Shown: positions 12,288 through 24,386 of the stretch, piece after piece
Layout: each line of letters starts with the position of its first letter
Position numbering within the stretch: position 1 is the stretch's first letter
The notes under the pieces: generated by a model
Told to the model about the DNA's origin: nothing
The model's input: the letters and a program-made list of their open reading frames with translations, nothing else
Databases searched by the model: none
Position numbers and translations under genes: made by a program
Assembly (NCBI GenBank): GCA_977017575.1
Contig: CDRNVI010000168.1
Span: 64,099-128,098 of the forward strand
DNA from: Paramoeba atlantica
Lineage: Eukaryota > Protista > Discosea
Reading direction: 5' to 3'
Length of the DNA stretch: 64,000 nt

Positions 12288-12609
12288 TTCGATCAAATAA
12301 TTTCTCAGAGAAAGTCAAAAAATGAAACTCAATTTGAGTTGGAATGCAACTCTCTCCCCTCACACCATCCTTCTTCAAAAGAACCTGAAAAACAAAGCAA
12401 AGAAGTTATTTCAGACTTGACAATTTATCAACCAATAACAAAAAAATGAAAAGAGTTGAGAATTGAACTTGACGCTCTGACACATAATTTTTCCTTTTTA
12501 TTCTTTTTCCTTTTGGTTTCAGAGAAAGTGGGTTCACTTTTTTCCATTCGAATTCAAAACAAATACCTGACCAACAACTTCCTAATTTTGGTTTTTCATT
12601 TGAGAGAGG

Positions 12610-13315
12610 ATGGGGGGCTCTTCATCAAAGAAGAAGCAACCGCGAAACAGACCCCAAGACCTGAAGTTGACGGTTGTCGGTGATGGTGCGGTTGGAAAGA
12701 CTTGCCTCCTTATTACTTACACATCCAATGCCTTTCCAGAGGAATACGTCCCAACTGTTTTTGATAACTTCTCCGCAAATTGTTTCTACCAAGACACACC
12801 ATTCCAACTTGGTCTTTGGGGTTCATTTTCTTTATCTTTCAATCTCTCTGTTTTTTTCCCCTCTCTTTCTCTTCAACTCTAACGTTCTTTCCACAGACAC
12901 AGCTGGAGCAGATGAGTATGACTGCCTTCGTGCTCTTGTATACCCAGGAACAAACATCTTTTTTGTGTGTTATTCAGTTGAGGATTCATGTTCTCTTGAA
13001 AACATCAAAACGAAATGGATCCCAGAGATTCACCACTGCTGCCCTGATACACCATTTATTGTTGTTGGGTTGAAGACTGATCTTCGTGATGATGAAGAGA
13101 CGATTGAACGATTAAAACAAACAAAAAGGAACATGGTATCTCAAGAAGAAGGTCTGGGATTTGCGTCGGAAGTTGGAGCAAGTCAATACATGGAGTGTTC
13201 TTCCAAAACATTTGAAGGGTTGAAAGAGGTTTTTGAGATGGTCAACCATGTTATGTTTGATGAACAACCTCCATTACTCACCCCAACTTACAATGTCAAA
13301 GGAGCAAAAAGGTAA
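12610..13315 (+). CDS. Atypical Rho/Rac-family GTPase B (intron 12821-12896)
   Basis: [32 protein letters not shown]; N-terminus MGGSSSKKK; ends YNVKGAKR. Confidence 0.92.
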
Positions 13316-13409
13316 CAAAAAATAAAAAGAAAAAACAAATACAATTTTTTGAGGTCTTTTTTTGGGAGGACTTTTTCGTCTTGGAAGAGAGAGAGAGAGA
13401 GAGAGAAGG

Positions 13410-14113
13410 ATGGGGGGCTCTCCATCAAAGAAGAGACGGCTAAAGAGACCTCGGAACCTGAAGTTGGTGGTTGTTGGTGATCGTGCGGTTGGAAAGACTT
13501 CCCTCCTCTTTACTTACACAACAAATGCCTTTCCTGAGGCAGACATTCTGACTGTTTTTCAAAACTACCCTGCAAATTGTTTCTACCAAGGTGCACCATT
13601 TGAAATTGGTCTTTGGGGTTCGTTTTCTTTTTCTTCCAATCTCTCTATTTTTTTTTTCTCTCTTTCTCTTATTCTAACATTCTTTCCACAGACACAGCTG
13701 GAGACGAAGTCTATGACCACCTTCGTCCTCTTGCATACCCAAGAACAGACATCTTTTTTGTGTGTTATTCAGTTGAGGATTCATGTTCTCTTGAAAACAT
13801 CAAAACGAAATGGATCCCAGAGATTCACCAACACTGTCCCGATACACCATTTATTGTTGTTGGGTTGAAGACTGATCTTCGTGATGATGAAGAGACGATT
13901 GAACGATTACGACAAACAAAAGGGCACATGGTATCTCAAGAAGAAGGTCTGAAACTTGCATTGGAAGTTGGAGCAAGTCAATTCATGGAGTGTTCCTCCA
14001 AAACATTCGAAGGGTTGAAAGAGGTTTTTGAGAGGATTGGTCTTGTCATGTTTGATGAACAACCTCCACCAATCATCGCTCCGACTTACAATGTCAAAGG
14101 AGCAAAAAGGTAA
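13410..14113 (+). CDS. Atypical Rho/Rac-family GTPase C (intron 13618-13691)
   Basis: [15 protein letters not shown] (altered switch I), DTAGDE; N-terminus MGGSPSKKR; ends YNVKGAKR. Confidence 0.92.
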
Positions 14114-14454
14114 CAAAAAAAAAACAAATCTTGTGGTGAAAACAAAACTTTCAATTCTCCAAGGAGGAAAGGCTTGAAAAAACCTCAGAGAAAACAAACT
14201 TTTGGAAACAAGAAGAATCAAAAACAAAAAATTCTTCTGAGCCAAGTAAGAAACAACCACAAAATGACTTTTGACGTTTTGAGGACGTCTTTCTCAGACA
14301 TCCAGAGAATGTCCGAACAAAAAGTTTTGCATTCTTTTTTTGTCTTTCTTTCTCTCCTTTCTTTCTCTCCCTCTCCCTCTTCTTTCTTTCTTTCTTTCGG
14401 CTCTCTCTGGCTTTCTCGGTTGCTCTGTGAATTGAGCAATGATTCGTTTTTTCA

Positions 14455-15471
14455 ATGCGTGACGAAGTAATTTTAATCTTTTTGGTTTTCATCTGTTTGA
14501 GATTGGGTGTGGAGATTGAAGATGTCTCAACAAGAGACTTCTGTTGGCGACGGCCGAGCGAAGTTTCGATCAAAAGGGATGAGTTCTTCGTCATTCATGT
14601 TGGAAAGACTGGGGGAACTTCTGTTGTTGCTTCTGTATCAAAAGCTTTTCACTTAGGAAAGGATTTTCATCTATGTGAACCAACAATGAATGAGATCGGT
14701 GATCGCCCTGTTTTAATGACAATCCGAGAACCAATTGCACGCGTTCAATCGATTTGGAGATGGAGAAAGTATCAAACGACAGTCTTAGATCATACTGCGT
14801 TTGGTAAAAGTGAGAAAACTCTTTTTCGTTGCTTCCCCTATTTAAATGACTTTTTGGAAGCCAGAGGAAAGTTTGGAAATTTTACCAACACCTCGATATC
14901 GAACTCTATTTGTCGCCAATTCGCAGAACATTCTTTCGCAGCAACTCCTCATTGGCAATGGGATCATCAGCGATATCTTCGCAACTTTACAGACGATTTT
15001 ATCCAGTCCTATCTCTTTCCTCTTCGACAAACGAATCTTTTGGAAGATTTCTTGGCCTTTTGCAAGTACTTCTCTTTAGATAAACGAAAGTGTTTCGAAG
15101 GAATGGAGGGTCTCGTGTTTGAGCACCAGAATGAAGAATACCCCACCAAACCCAATGACTTTTATCTTTCAGACGAAGCGAGGGAGTTCCTGGCCTTCGA
15201 GCTACAAGACGATATCAGCACATATAATTATCTTGTGGACATCTTGCATGCCAAAGTTCGGACCATGAAAAATGCATGGCAACCAATGAATTTCACAAGA
15301 CCTCTTCCAAATGCGACTCCGATATGGCCTGTGAGACCGATGATTAGCGGACCAAAAAGGCCCCCCCCAAAAAAACCTCCTCTCTCTCCCTCTTTTTCTG
15401 TTCATAACGGAATAGCTCCAAGAAAGTTCGTTTCTCCCTTCAAAAGTAAAAAAGTATTGCACCATCAGTAA
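14455..15471 (+). CDS. Sulfotransferase (Sulfotransfer_2-like), N-terminal membrane anchor, Pro-rich tail
   Basis: 5'-PSB IHVGKTGGTS and 3'-PB IREPIARVQSIW motifs. Confidence 0.8.
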   Translation: MRDEVILIFLVFICLRLGVEIEDVSTRDFCWRRPSEVSIKRDEFFVIHVGKTGGTSVVASVSKAFHLGKDFHLCEPTMNEIGDRPVLMTIREPIARVQSIWRWRKYQTTVLDHTAFGKSEKTLFRCFPYLNDFLEARGKFGNFTNTSISNSICRQFAEHSFAATPHWQWDHQRYLRNFTDDFIQSYLFPLRQTNLLEDFLAFCKYFSLDKRKCFEGMEGLVFEHQNEEYPTKPNDFYLSDEAREFLAFELQDDISTYNYLVDILHAKVRTMKNAWQPMNFTRPLPNATPIWPVRPMISGPKRPPPKKPPLSPSFSVHNGIAPRKFVSPFKSKKVLHHQ

Positions 15472-15509
15472 AAAAAAAGGTTCAAAAATAATATTCCAAA
15501 ATGATTTTT

Positions 15510-17682
15510 TTACAATTTATCTAGAAATCGACTGAGAGGAGGAATCTCCAATGAAAGACCTTTCCTTTTCCTTATCTCTCTCACAACTCCCCCTGCAAGA
15601 GAAAGAGGATCGAGAGGATCCCCTTCAACCATTCTCCATTGATCAAAAAAACAGATTGGTTGGACTTCACCTTGTGTCATTTTCGCAATTTGTTGGTAAA
15701 ATCCAATTGAACATCGAATCGGAAGATGGAGTCTAAGAGTTCTCTCTGGGATTGCTTGGGTGAATTGGGAGGAGGAAAGAATAATAATTTCTCTCTTTTT
15801 GAATTCTTTGGAAATGAGATCGAAATGAGATTCAGAACAAGTTAATTCAACAAGATAAATAGGTTCAACAAGGCGAGGACCAGCAGTTAATTGAGAAGCA
15901 AATAATACCCGCCGTGTAGCAGGGATAATTTGCCCTCCTCCTCGATGAATTGCATCACTCATACCAGCCACATCAACAATATTGTATCGAATACCACGAA
16001 TTGGTTCTTCACAAAGAACTCCCTCAGTCGCGCACCATTGAAATGCAGTAATCATCGAATCCTTTCTTTCATTTAAGTATTGGACACATTTTGTTGTGTC
16101 AATAAGAAAGGAATTGGCAACAGGTCCATTGAAAGCCCAGATTCTTCTCGCTTCTCGTTTTTCCCAATTGTAAGTGTTAACAAGAAGATCGCATGTTTGA
16201 GGTTTAGTTACCTGACCACTACCTTGCACATCTCCCAATTCATTGACTAAATTCTCATCGAGTGGTTCAGCTCGTGCAAAGATTCGATTACGTTTATTCG
16301 CTGACTTAGACATGCACGTTTGCTCAGATAATCGAGAAACAGTTTCGTAATACGAGGGGAAGGGGTCGGTTTTTCGAAGTGGAACTGCTGTCGATCTTTG
16401 TAACTCAGAGATGGCAGTTCTCAATTGAATTTCGTCAGATCCTCCAATGATAAATTCCCCAGCCTCAGTAACTCGACAGGAAATCCCGCTATCACTTTTG
16501 GGTAACTGGGTCATTCCTGAGAGAAGGAGAGGAACTTGTTCTGGATTCACGAGATCAATAGCAATTCGAAGAACAGGAAGATCATTCTTGATTGGCTTTA
16601 CTCGAATAGGAGAAGCTTTCTCTTCTGAAGTTAGAGTTAGAGTGGTCCCAGGTCTCCCCATCCAAGAATGAATTCCGGTAATTGCGATCACATTCCCACA
16701 ACAACACGAGCTGATTCTCTCCTTCACACACCCTGTCGTTACAAGAAGATTTCCCACATTCTTATTTTGTGTTCCTTTGATAAAATTAACCTGTTGGCCC
16801 GAGACGAGAGTCCCAGAAAAAACTCGGCCAAAAACATAAGATTGACTTGAGTAACCATCTTGAATGTTGTGAGAGAGGTAAACGACCAGAGGACCATTTG
16901 GATCACAATTACGAATTCCTTTCGCGACATCATTTGTCTCTTTGCCTCCATACAAAGTCTTAATCCGATTTTGTTGTGCAAGAAGAGGTGATGGAGAGTG
17001 GGAAGCGATCATTGGAAAAAGAGCACCTGAGAGGGGGAGAAATTTTTGGAGAACAACTTGGAGGAGCTTTCGTCCAGTTAAATTCTTTTCCTCTGTTGTC
17101 AATTCAATCCCTAATTTCGCAAATTGTTTCTCATACACATCTTTCTTTTTTAATGTGGCTATATTGTAAAAGAGTTTGCGCAATGGTAAAAAGATAAATT
17201 GACACCACCCCCTATTCAATCTCTTTCCACGCTCATTCAACTCTTTTTTGGTCCATTTTTTTGTTTCAGGATTGTAATAGTTTTCACCCCACAGTTTAGA
17301 AAGAAGCTTCTCTTTTCGGACTCCAAATTTCTTTGAATAAATTTCAGCAAATTTCGAAAGAGTAAACCCAAAACCGTACGACCCTGAACCAAACACAACA
17401 TTCCCCTGAACTGGATCCACAATATCTTCTTTCCTTCCTCTTGTGAGATCTCCTTCCCCAACTTGAGGAGAAAACTTCTCAATCAAACAATTCAAATGGT
17501 CGATTAATAACTTGTAACATTGATAACAATCCTCTGGCTCCATTTCAAACTCTCCAAGCACTCGTTCCATCTTGTTAATCATCAATAATGTTGGGAGAGA
17601 AGAAGGGGTGGACTCAGGAGAGTGGCAGGACGAAAGTGAGGAAGAGGAAGAAGAAGAGGAAGAGGAAGAGGAAGAAGAAGAG

Positions 17683-17713
<31 letters not shown>

Positions 17714-18379
17714 GAGAGGGAGAGGGAGAGGGAGAGGAAGAAGAGGAAGAAGAGGAAGAAGAGGAAGAGGAAGAAGAAGAGGAAGAGGAAGAAGAGGAAG
17801 AGAAGGAGGAGGAAGAAGGAGAGAGAGAAATTTGGAGAAATCTCTCAATCCAAAGTGGAACATCTCTTATCCCATCAAGAAGTAAAAGAGAACTATCAAA
17901 GAGAGGGAGAGATGTTTCTATAGTTTGATGGGGTTGAATGTGAATGAAGTTGAAGAGGTAATTATTGTTGGACCTCTAAACCCAAAAATAAAAAAATGAG
18001 AAAGAACCAAAAAGAAATGAACACAAAAGAAAAGAACCTCAGGAGTTTGAATTGGAAGAGGAGGCGGAGATGGAGATGGAGATGGAGATGGAGATGGAGA
18101 TGGAGATGGAGATGGAGATTGTGAGGCAAAGAGAGAGGGAGAATTGGAAGAGAGGGAAGAGGATTGAACATTCGCATAAAACAAATAATTTCGAGGAACA
18201 AGTGGACTCCCCTCCCAATTCTCTTTTTCTTTTCTTTCCATCTCCTCACCCCCTTCCTTCTCCTCTTCTAATGCCTCACCTTTCGCGATCATTTGCTGCT
18301 GGGAAGACAAAAGGTCAAGAAGGGAATCAGAACCATCTCCAACAATACAAAGATGCCGAATATTCTCTCGATTCTCCAT
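15510..18379 (-). CDS. eEF2-like protein (935 aa) with degenerate GTPase domain; exons 18379-18038 and 17975-15510
   Basis: eEF2 landmarks: NIRHLCIV, LMINKMER, GNVVFGSG..GFGFTL, KSANKRNRIF, DAIHRGGGQII, RLVEPIYLVE, IRKRKGL..FLDKL. The 62-nt phase-0 intron keeps the frame. Confidence 0.9.
17640..17825 (-). repeat. In-frame poly-Ser/(SP)n microsatellite within the eEF2-like gene
   Basis: (GAA/GAG)n and (GAGGGA)n on + strand read as Ser and Ser-Pro in the gene's frame. Confidence 0.9.
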
Positions 18380-19687
18380 CGCTCCTCTGATCTCTGAGAA
18401 AGAAAAAAGATCAGGGGAGGAAATTCAATGAATTTCCAACCCAAAACAGAATAAACCTGCATTTGCAATTGAGGGGGGAAGAAACACATCTTCTTCTGAA
18501 TCCATCGGTTTGTCCAAAAACCAAAACTCTTCTTTCTCTTCTCCAAAGCCAAAAAGGTAAAAGGGACGCCATTCAGGGACACCCTTTCTCTTTTGGTGTG
18601 AGTTGGTTAAATCATGGATCTGATGGACGAGACTTTCGGTCTCAAACCAGAGGAACAAGAAAACTTTAAAGTGGAGGAGAGAGAAACTGGAAATCTCAAA
18701 GTCAGATGGAAGGGTTGGAACAATCTTTATTTCTCTCCCGTTTTCTCCACAGAAAAGGTCTCTCACTTCAAAAAACTTTTGGTTTTCACTCTTTTTCCTC
18801 ACAAGTTTTGGTGTTTATAGAGAGGTGGTGGTGAATTTTTCTCCTTTACACTCAGTGGAAATCCTCGAGTTGTGATTGGTTCGGATTTGTTCTCTCCATG
18901 ACAATGTTCTTCATGTTCATATTTTCTTCCTTTTTAATCACACACAAACAAAAAGGGGCAACTCCAGCTCATCATCTCTTGGATTACGAATGCCTTATGA
19001 GTCATACAACTGTGGCAGTCAGAGCTGAGTCCCTTTTTGGGGCTCGAAGGGATATTCCTTTCTTTAATACAAAAGATAAGACCCGAATCCAGATTTATGT
19101 CGATTTTTTGGCACAGTTTTCCTCTTCTCTTTCTTTTTTGATTCTGAATCCAAAAAAAAAAAACAAGATTTGATGATGATTTGAAATAGGGAAATTCAAT
19201 TTACTGTTGAGGAAGAAAAGATTGCTGCACTTTCTTATCAAAGTTTTTCTCCTTGTTCATTTTTCAAACTTTTGGATTTTCCTCTGAATTTTTTCCCCAA
19301 AAGCACTTAATTGGAATGAAGGATTTAAAGTTGGCATTTGTGGCCACAGAGGTTCAGTTATTGAAGTGGTTCTTTTTCTTTTTGAGTTGATTTGAATTCT
19401 CCCAAATTCATTTTCTTTTTTTTTTTTTCTTCATAGGAACAACAAAGGATCAATCTTAAACCAGCGAAAAGGTGAGAAGAGAAAGATATCAAACTGAAAA
19501 GATGGAAACGAAACTGAGAAAAGAGGAAACTCACACCATCAAGACATGACATAATTTTCCCTTTTTTCCAATTCATTATTTAAAAAGGACATTTTTTGTT
19601 GTTGTTTTTTTTTTCTTCATTTGTGTCTCCTCAATATACAACAAAGATCAAAGATTCGAATTTTTGATCTTTTTGAGATGCCCTTTT

Positions 19688-22129
19688 CTAAGAATCAATC
19701 TCCATCGGATTGTCCAAACGCAAACCTGACAAATTTGATGCAAAATGTTCAACCAAATAAGACGGCCCATACTCTTGATACATTTTTGAAGTAATGATTG
19801 TGTCATGAAATGATTGAGTTTGCGTAAACCGACTTGCTCCTCGCCATGCATCTTTGACATCTTCCCCTATTAATTTGTTAATGTTGGGTGAGAAGAGAGA
19901 GAGAAGAGAGAGAAGGGAGAGAGAGAAGGAGAAATTAAAGGAGAAAATTAAAGAAGAAAGAGAATAAGAAAGAGACCTTGTAACACATTAATTGTTGTTC
20001 CTTCTGGGCAAAGTTGACGAACTTCCATTTCCACACGATCTCTTAAATGATGAAAGAATGATCCTCCTCCTAATTGTTGAAAGAATATTTCATTCAAAAG
20101 TAAGAGAAGAAAGCGAAAAAGAGGAAATTGAAGGAAAAAGAGAGAAGAAAAAGAGAGAAGAAAAAGAAAAGAAAAATTTGTTCACCAGTCACAAAAACAC
20201 TTTGAGCCAATCTTCTCCTTTGATCATCATTGACAGATCGAAATATCATTTCAATTGCTTCACCAATCCCAACTTCATCAACTCCAATCAAGTACGGTCT
20301 GAACAATACTTCTGCGACTCGAAGTCTTTCAACTCCCAAACCAATCTAAGGAAGAAAAGAGAGAGAAGAGAGAGAGAAGAGAGAGAGACAAAGAAAAATG
20401 AGACAAAGATAATTTTGGTTACAATCTTAATCTTTCATCTCCAACTTTTTAACAAAAAATAATCACCCTCTCTCTCTCTCTTTACTTCTTTTCTTTTCCT
20501 CCAACCAAAAACCTGATAAGCTGTACTGTCAGAATCCTCATGTTTATCAATCAAACTCTGTAAATCCGAAAGCTCTTTTTCTTGTTTTTTTAACATTTGT
20601 GTTATTTGTTGGTCAGCACTCGAAGCCATCTCCTCATATACACTCCAATCCTTATCATCTTTTCCAAAACTAATAGAAAAAAAGAAGAAGAAAGAGAAGA
20701 AAAAGTGAGAACCAAAAAAAGAAAATTCTTAAAAGAGAAAAGTGCCTTTCTTAGAAGAAGAAGAGAAAGAGAAAAGAGAAAAAAAAAAGGAGAAAAAAAA
20801 CCCATCTTGATCAATTGACATGGATGCCTCCGCAAGCAATTTCATTCTTTTCTGTGTCTGAGAACCATGCCTTCCCTCTCCTCTTTCTTGTCTTCTTTTC
20901 AAATCTTTCATTGAATATTCAAGACGAGTTTTTTGTGTTTTTAATCTTCTGAGCCATCCCTCTGGATCTTCAAGTCTCTGTTGTTTAAATGAATCAAATA
21001 ATAAGAAGAAGAAAGAAGAAAGAAGAAAGAAATAGATTTTTTTTTACCTCTCTTTCAATCTCCTCTTCTCTCCTCCTCTCTTCCTCCCCTCTCCTTCTCT
21101 CTTCCTCCTCTCTCTCCTTTTTCGCATTCCTCTCTCTCTCTCTCGCCGCTTTCTGTGCTCTCACCAACCTCAAAACTTTCTTTTTCTTTCTCTCTTCTTC
21201 TCCCAATTCTTCATCTTTCTTTGCTAACAATTCATCCTCTCTCTTCCTCCTCTCTTCTTCCTCTTCTCTCTCTCTCTCTTTCTTCTCTCTTTCTTCTTTG
21301 TCTTCTTCTCCTTCTTCTTCTTTTCCATCTTCTCCTTTCTCTCCTTCCTCTTCTCCTCTCTGTTTTCTCTCCCCTTCCGGTTCTTGTTTTTGAAGAAATT
21401 TTTTAATTTTTTTAATTTCTAATTTTAAATCTTTTTCATCGTCAAAATCATATTTTGAGATCTAAAATAAAATAAAAATAAGAAAAGAAAAAAAGAAAAA
21501 AAAAAAAACAAATTAAAATTCAACCTGAGCCTGAAATTTCTTTAAATTCGTTTCCTTCAACGAAAGAAGTTGTTCATAAACTTCAAGAGCATATTTCTTC
21601 TCTTCAACTTTCTTTTCTTTTCTTTGTTTGATTGATTCTGCCAATTTCTTCCCTGGAAAAAAAAAATAAACAAAATTAATTTTCTCTTCTTAAAAAAAAA
21701 TACAAAGTTTGCACATCTCTCTCTTTCTCTTTCAACAAACCTCTCTCAACCCTTTTCTTTTCTTTTTCTCTCAATTCTTCTTCAGTTGGCAAGTCAACCA
21801 CAGGGGCCTCTGGGACTGGTAATTGGAAGATCACTTTCTTCAGTGGGGGTTCTGTAAAAAGAGAGTGAGAAAAGAGAAGGAAAAAGAAGGGAAAAAAATG
21901 AATGTCTGGTTCCAAGATAATCCAGAGGAATAGCAGGATAAAAGAGAAAATTTTTAAAGAAAGCAGAATTCTGAAAACAAAGTTCTCTTCCCCCAAAACA
22001 AAGTTAAAAAAAAAAATGACAAGAAGGTGATAAAAGAACAAGAAGGTGATAAAAAAAGCGAGAAAACTCAAAAAAAAAACAGAAAAAATTTTTTTAAAAA
22101 AACGATAAAAAAATCTCCACCTGTAGGGT

Positions 22130-22167
<38 letters not shown>

Positions 22168-24081
22168 GCCAACTGAGCTAAGGAGGATTTGTTGAAATTC
22201 TTGGATATTTTTATCTTTTTATATGGTGGGAAGGGGGGGAAAAAACAAAAATGCAATACAAGAAGAGTAAAGAAAAGAGGATGGGTTACCTGTGATTTGT
22301 GGCGATAAAGGAAGACAGATGGATTCCAGTTGTTCTCCACTTAATTGGTGAGGCTCAAATTTCTTCCCCCAACATTTAATCTCTCCTTCTCCTTTCCTCT
22401 TCTCCCCACCAAATTTCAGGTTATCATCCCGTTGTCGAAATGTCCTGATGTGAAAAAGAAGATCTTTCAAAAAAAAAGAAAAAAAAAACGAAATCATCTC
22501 AAGAAAATCCCCTCAAAACCTCAAGTCAGAATAAGGATCAAAAGCTCGAATATTTTCATCAAAATTGAGAGAGACATAACAGTGGCGAGATTTGATAAAA
22601 TCACATCGAGTTTCTCAAAAAAAAAATTAGAAAAAGAAGGAAGAAAAGAGAAAAAAATGGATAATGAGGAGAGAAACCTGTTATTTCAGATTTGAAATTT
22701 GGGTAATTTAAATTGAGTGTATCAAACAAGAATTTTGTCAAAGCAGCCCCTTTGATTGAAGGAAAAAATGAGATCGAACCACAAAGAAAGGAAATTGTCC
22801 AAAAGAAAAAACAAAAAAAAAAGTCTTCTTGAATATATTTTTGAAATATCTGATAAAATATCAAAAAGACTGGTTAGCATACCTCCAACAGATAAACGAA
22901 CAACTTTGTTCCAATAAACTTTTCCATCCAAAACTGCGTAAACGTGGGTCACCTATTTCAAAAAATAGAATTAAAAGACAAAGAAAAAGAGAGAAGAAGA
23001 AAAATTGAGGAAGAAAACATGATTTCCAATCGAAATAACTAGAGAATCCCGACAAAGATCACAAGGAGGAGGAGGCAAAGAAGAAGGGTCATTCTTCCTT
23101 TCAAAATCACAAAGCTTTTTCTAAAAAAAAAACTTCAATTTTTCTCTTCAATTTTTTGACTCTTTTTTCCACAATTCTCTCCTTTTGAAGTTTTTTGATT
23201 CTTTTTTTTCTATTCATTGTCTTTTTCAACCTGATACAGAGCAAAGAGCGAGTCAATTCCGTATGAAACTGCAGGAACACCATAACATTCAAAAAATAAC
23301 TCCGATGTATGGGATCTGCAAAAACAAAATGAGAGTGGTTTTATTTATCTTCTCACAAATAACGAAACAAGAATGTTAATCTTCTCCAAGAAAAGAATAA
23401 AATGAAACCAACCTTGAATAAGTAAGATTACACAAAGGTTCAGTGCTCAAAATTGGATGAGGGACATTCCCTGAACTAGTAATCCCCAATCTTTCGAAAG
23501 AAAAATCCAAAATTGACTGAATCAAGTTTTTTGTTCAATTATTAAATTCAGATAATTTAACAAACAATAAAGCAAACAAGTTGTAAAATACAACGTTCAT
23601 TTCTTTTTATCTCCTTGAAAAAAGAACAAAAGACTCCAAAAAAAAGCAGCAACACAAAAAGAGAATGAATAACCTCGTAAGCATCAAAACGAACAATAAC
23701 GTTCGAATCAAAAGGAGATCGACACACCAATTTTTTGGAATTTATCAAACAAGTGTTTCCCAAAAACACATTTTCTTCTGAGGTGGATTTTGTTTTCCCT
23801 TTTCCAACAAGAGTTTGAAAAGAAAGACGAGGGTCTTTTTCACCTCCCCATCTGTAAACCCGATCAGAAAAAAAAGAAGAAAAAAGAAAAAAAAAAGGAA
23901 AAGAAAGGAAAAAGGAAAGGAAAAAGAAAAGAAAAAAGAAAAAGAAGAAAAAAAAAACAAACCCAACACGAGTAAAATGAGAACCACAATCAACAACAAT
24001 TGGGACTTCTTCCCCATACACTGCTTTTTGTGTGGACAACAATTCTGGAACCTCATCCTCAAACTCATATGTCCTTTTCAT
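19688..24081 (-). CDS. ARP5: Actin-related protein 5 (INO80 subunit), multi-exon
   Basis: [53 protein letters not shown], long charged insertion, [37 protein letters not shown]. Confidence 0.88.
22107..22113 (-). terminator. Pol III oligo(T) terminator of tRNA-Asn
   Basis: T7 run 1 nt downstream of the discriminator base. Confidence 0.8.
22115..22187 (-). tRNA. tRNA-Asn: tRNA-Asn(GUU), intronless
   Basis: TCCTCCT-TAGCTCAGTTGGCAGAGC-G-TGTGG-CTGTTAA-CCACA-AGGTC-GTAGG-TTCGAAC-CCTAC-AGGTGGA-G forms a cloverleaf; G73 discriminator; one U4:U69 mismatch. Confidence 0.95.
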
Positions 24082-24386
24082 TTTTCTCTCTTTCTATCTC
24101 TTCCTCTTTTTTTGGGAGAGTTGCCAAGATTGTTGGAAGAAAGAAAGAGGTTGTTGGCAAACACTTTTAAAAAAACTGCGTGTTTCTGTCGCAGTTTTCC
24201 TTTTCTTTTTCTTTTTGGGTTTTTCGAAAGAAAAGGAAGAAGGAGTTTTTTTTTGAGAAGAAAGAAAAAAAAGTCTTCGAATGAAATAAAGGGTTTTTTT
24301 TATTGGTCAAAACTTGAAATTTCTGTACATCAAAAAAGGAGGGGATTTTGTTCAAAAAAAAAGAAGAAATTTTTCTGGAAGAGAAA

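Noticed and set aside
18425-19600. Coding-like segments between the eEF2-like gene and ARP5
   Set aside because: I could not assemble a consistent exon chain on either strand. A gene may exist but is unsupported.
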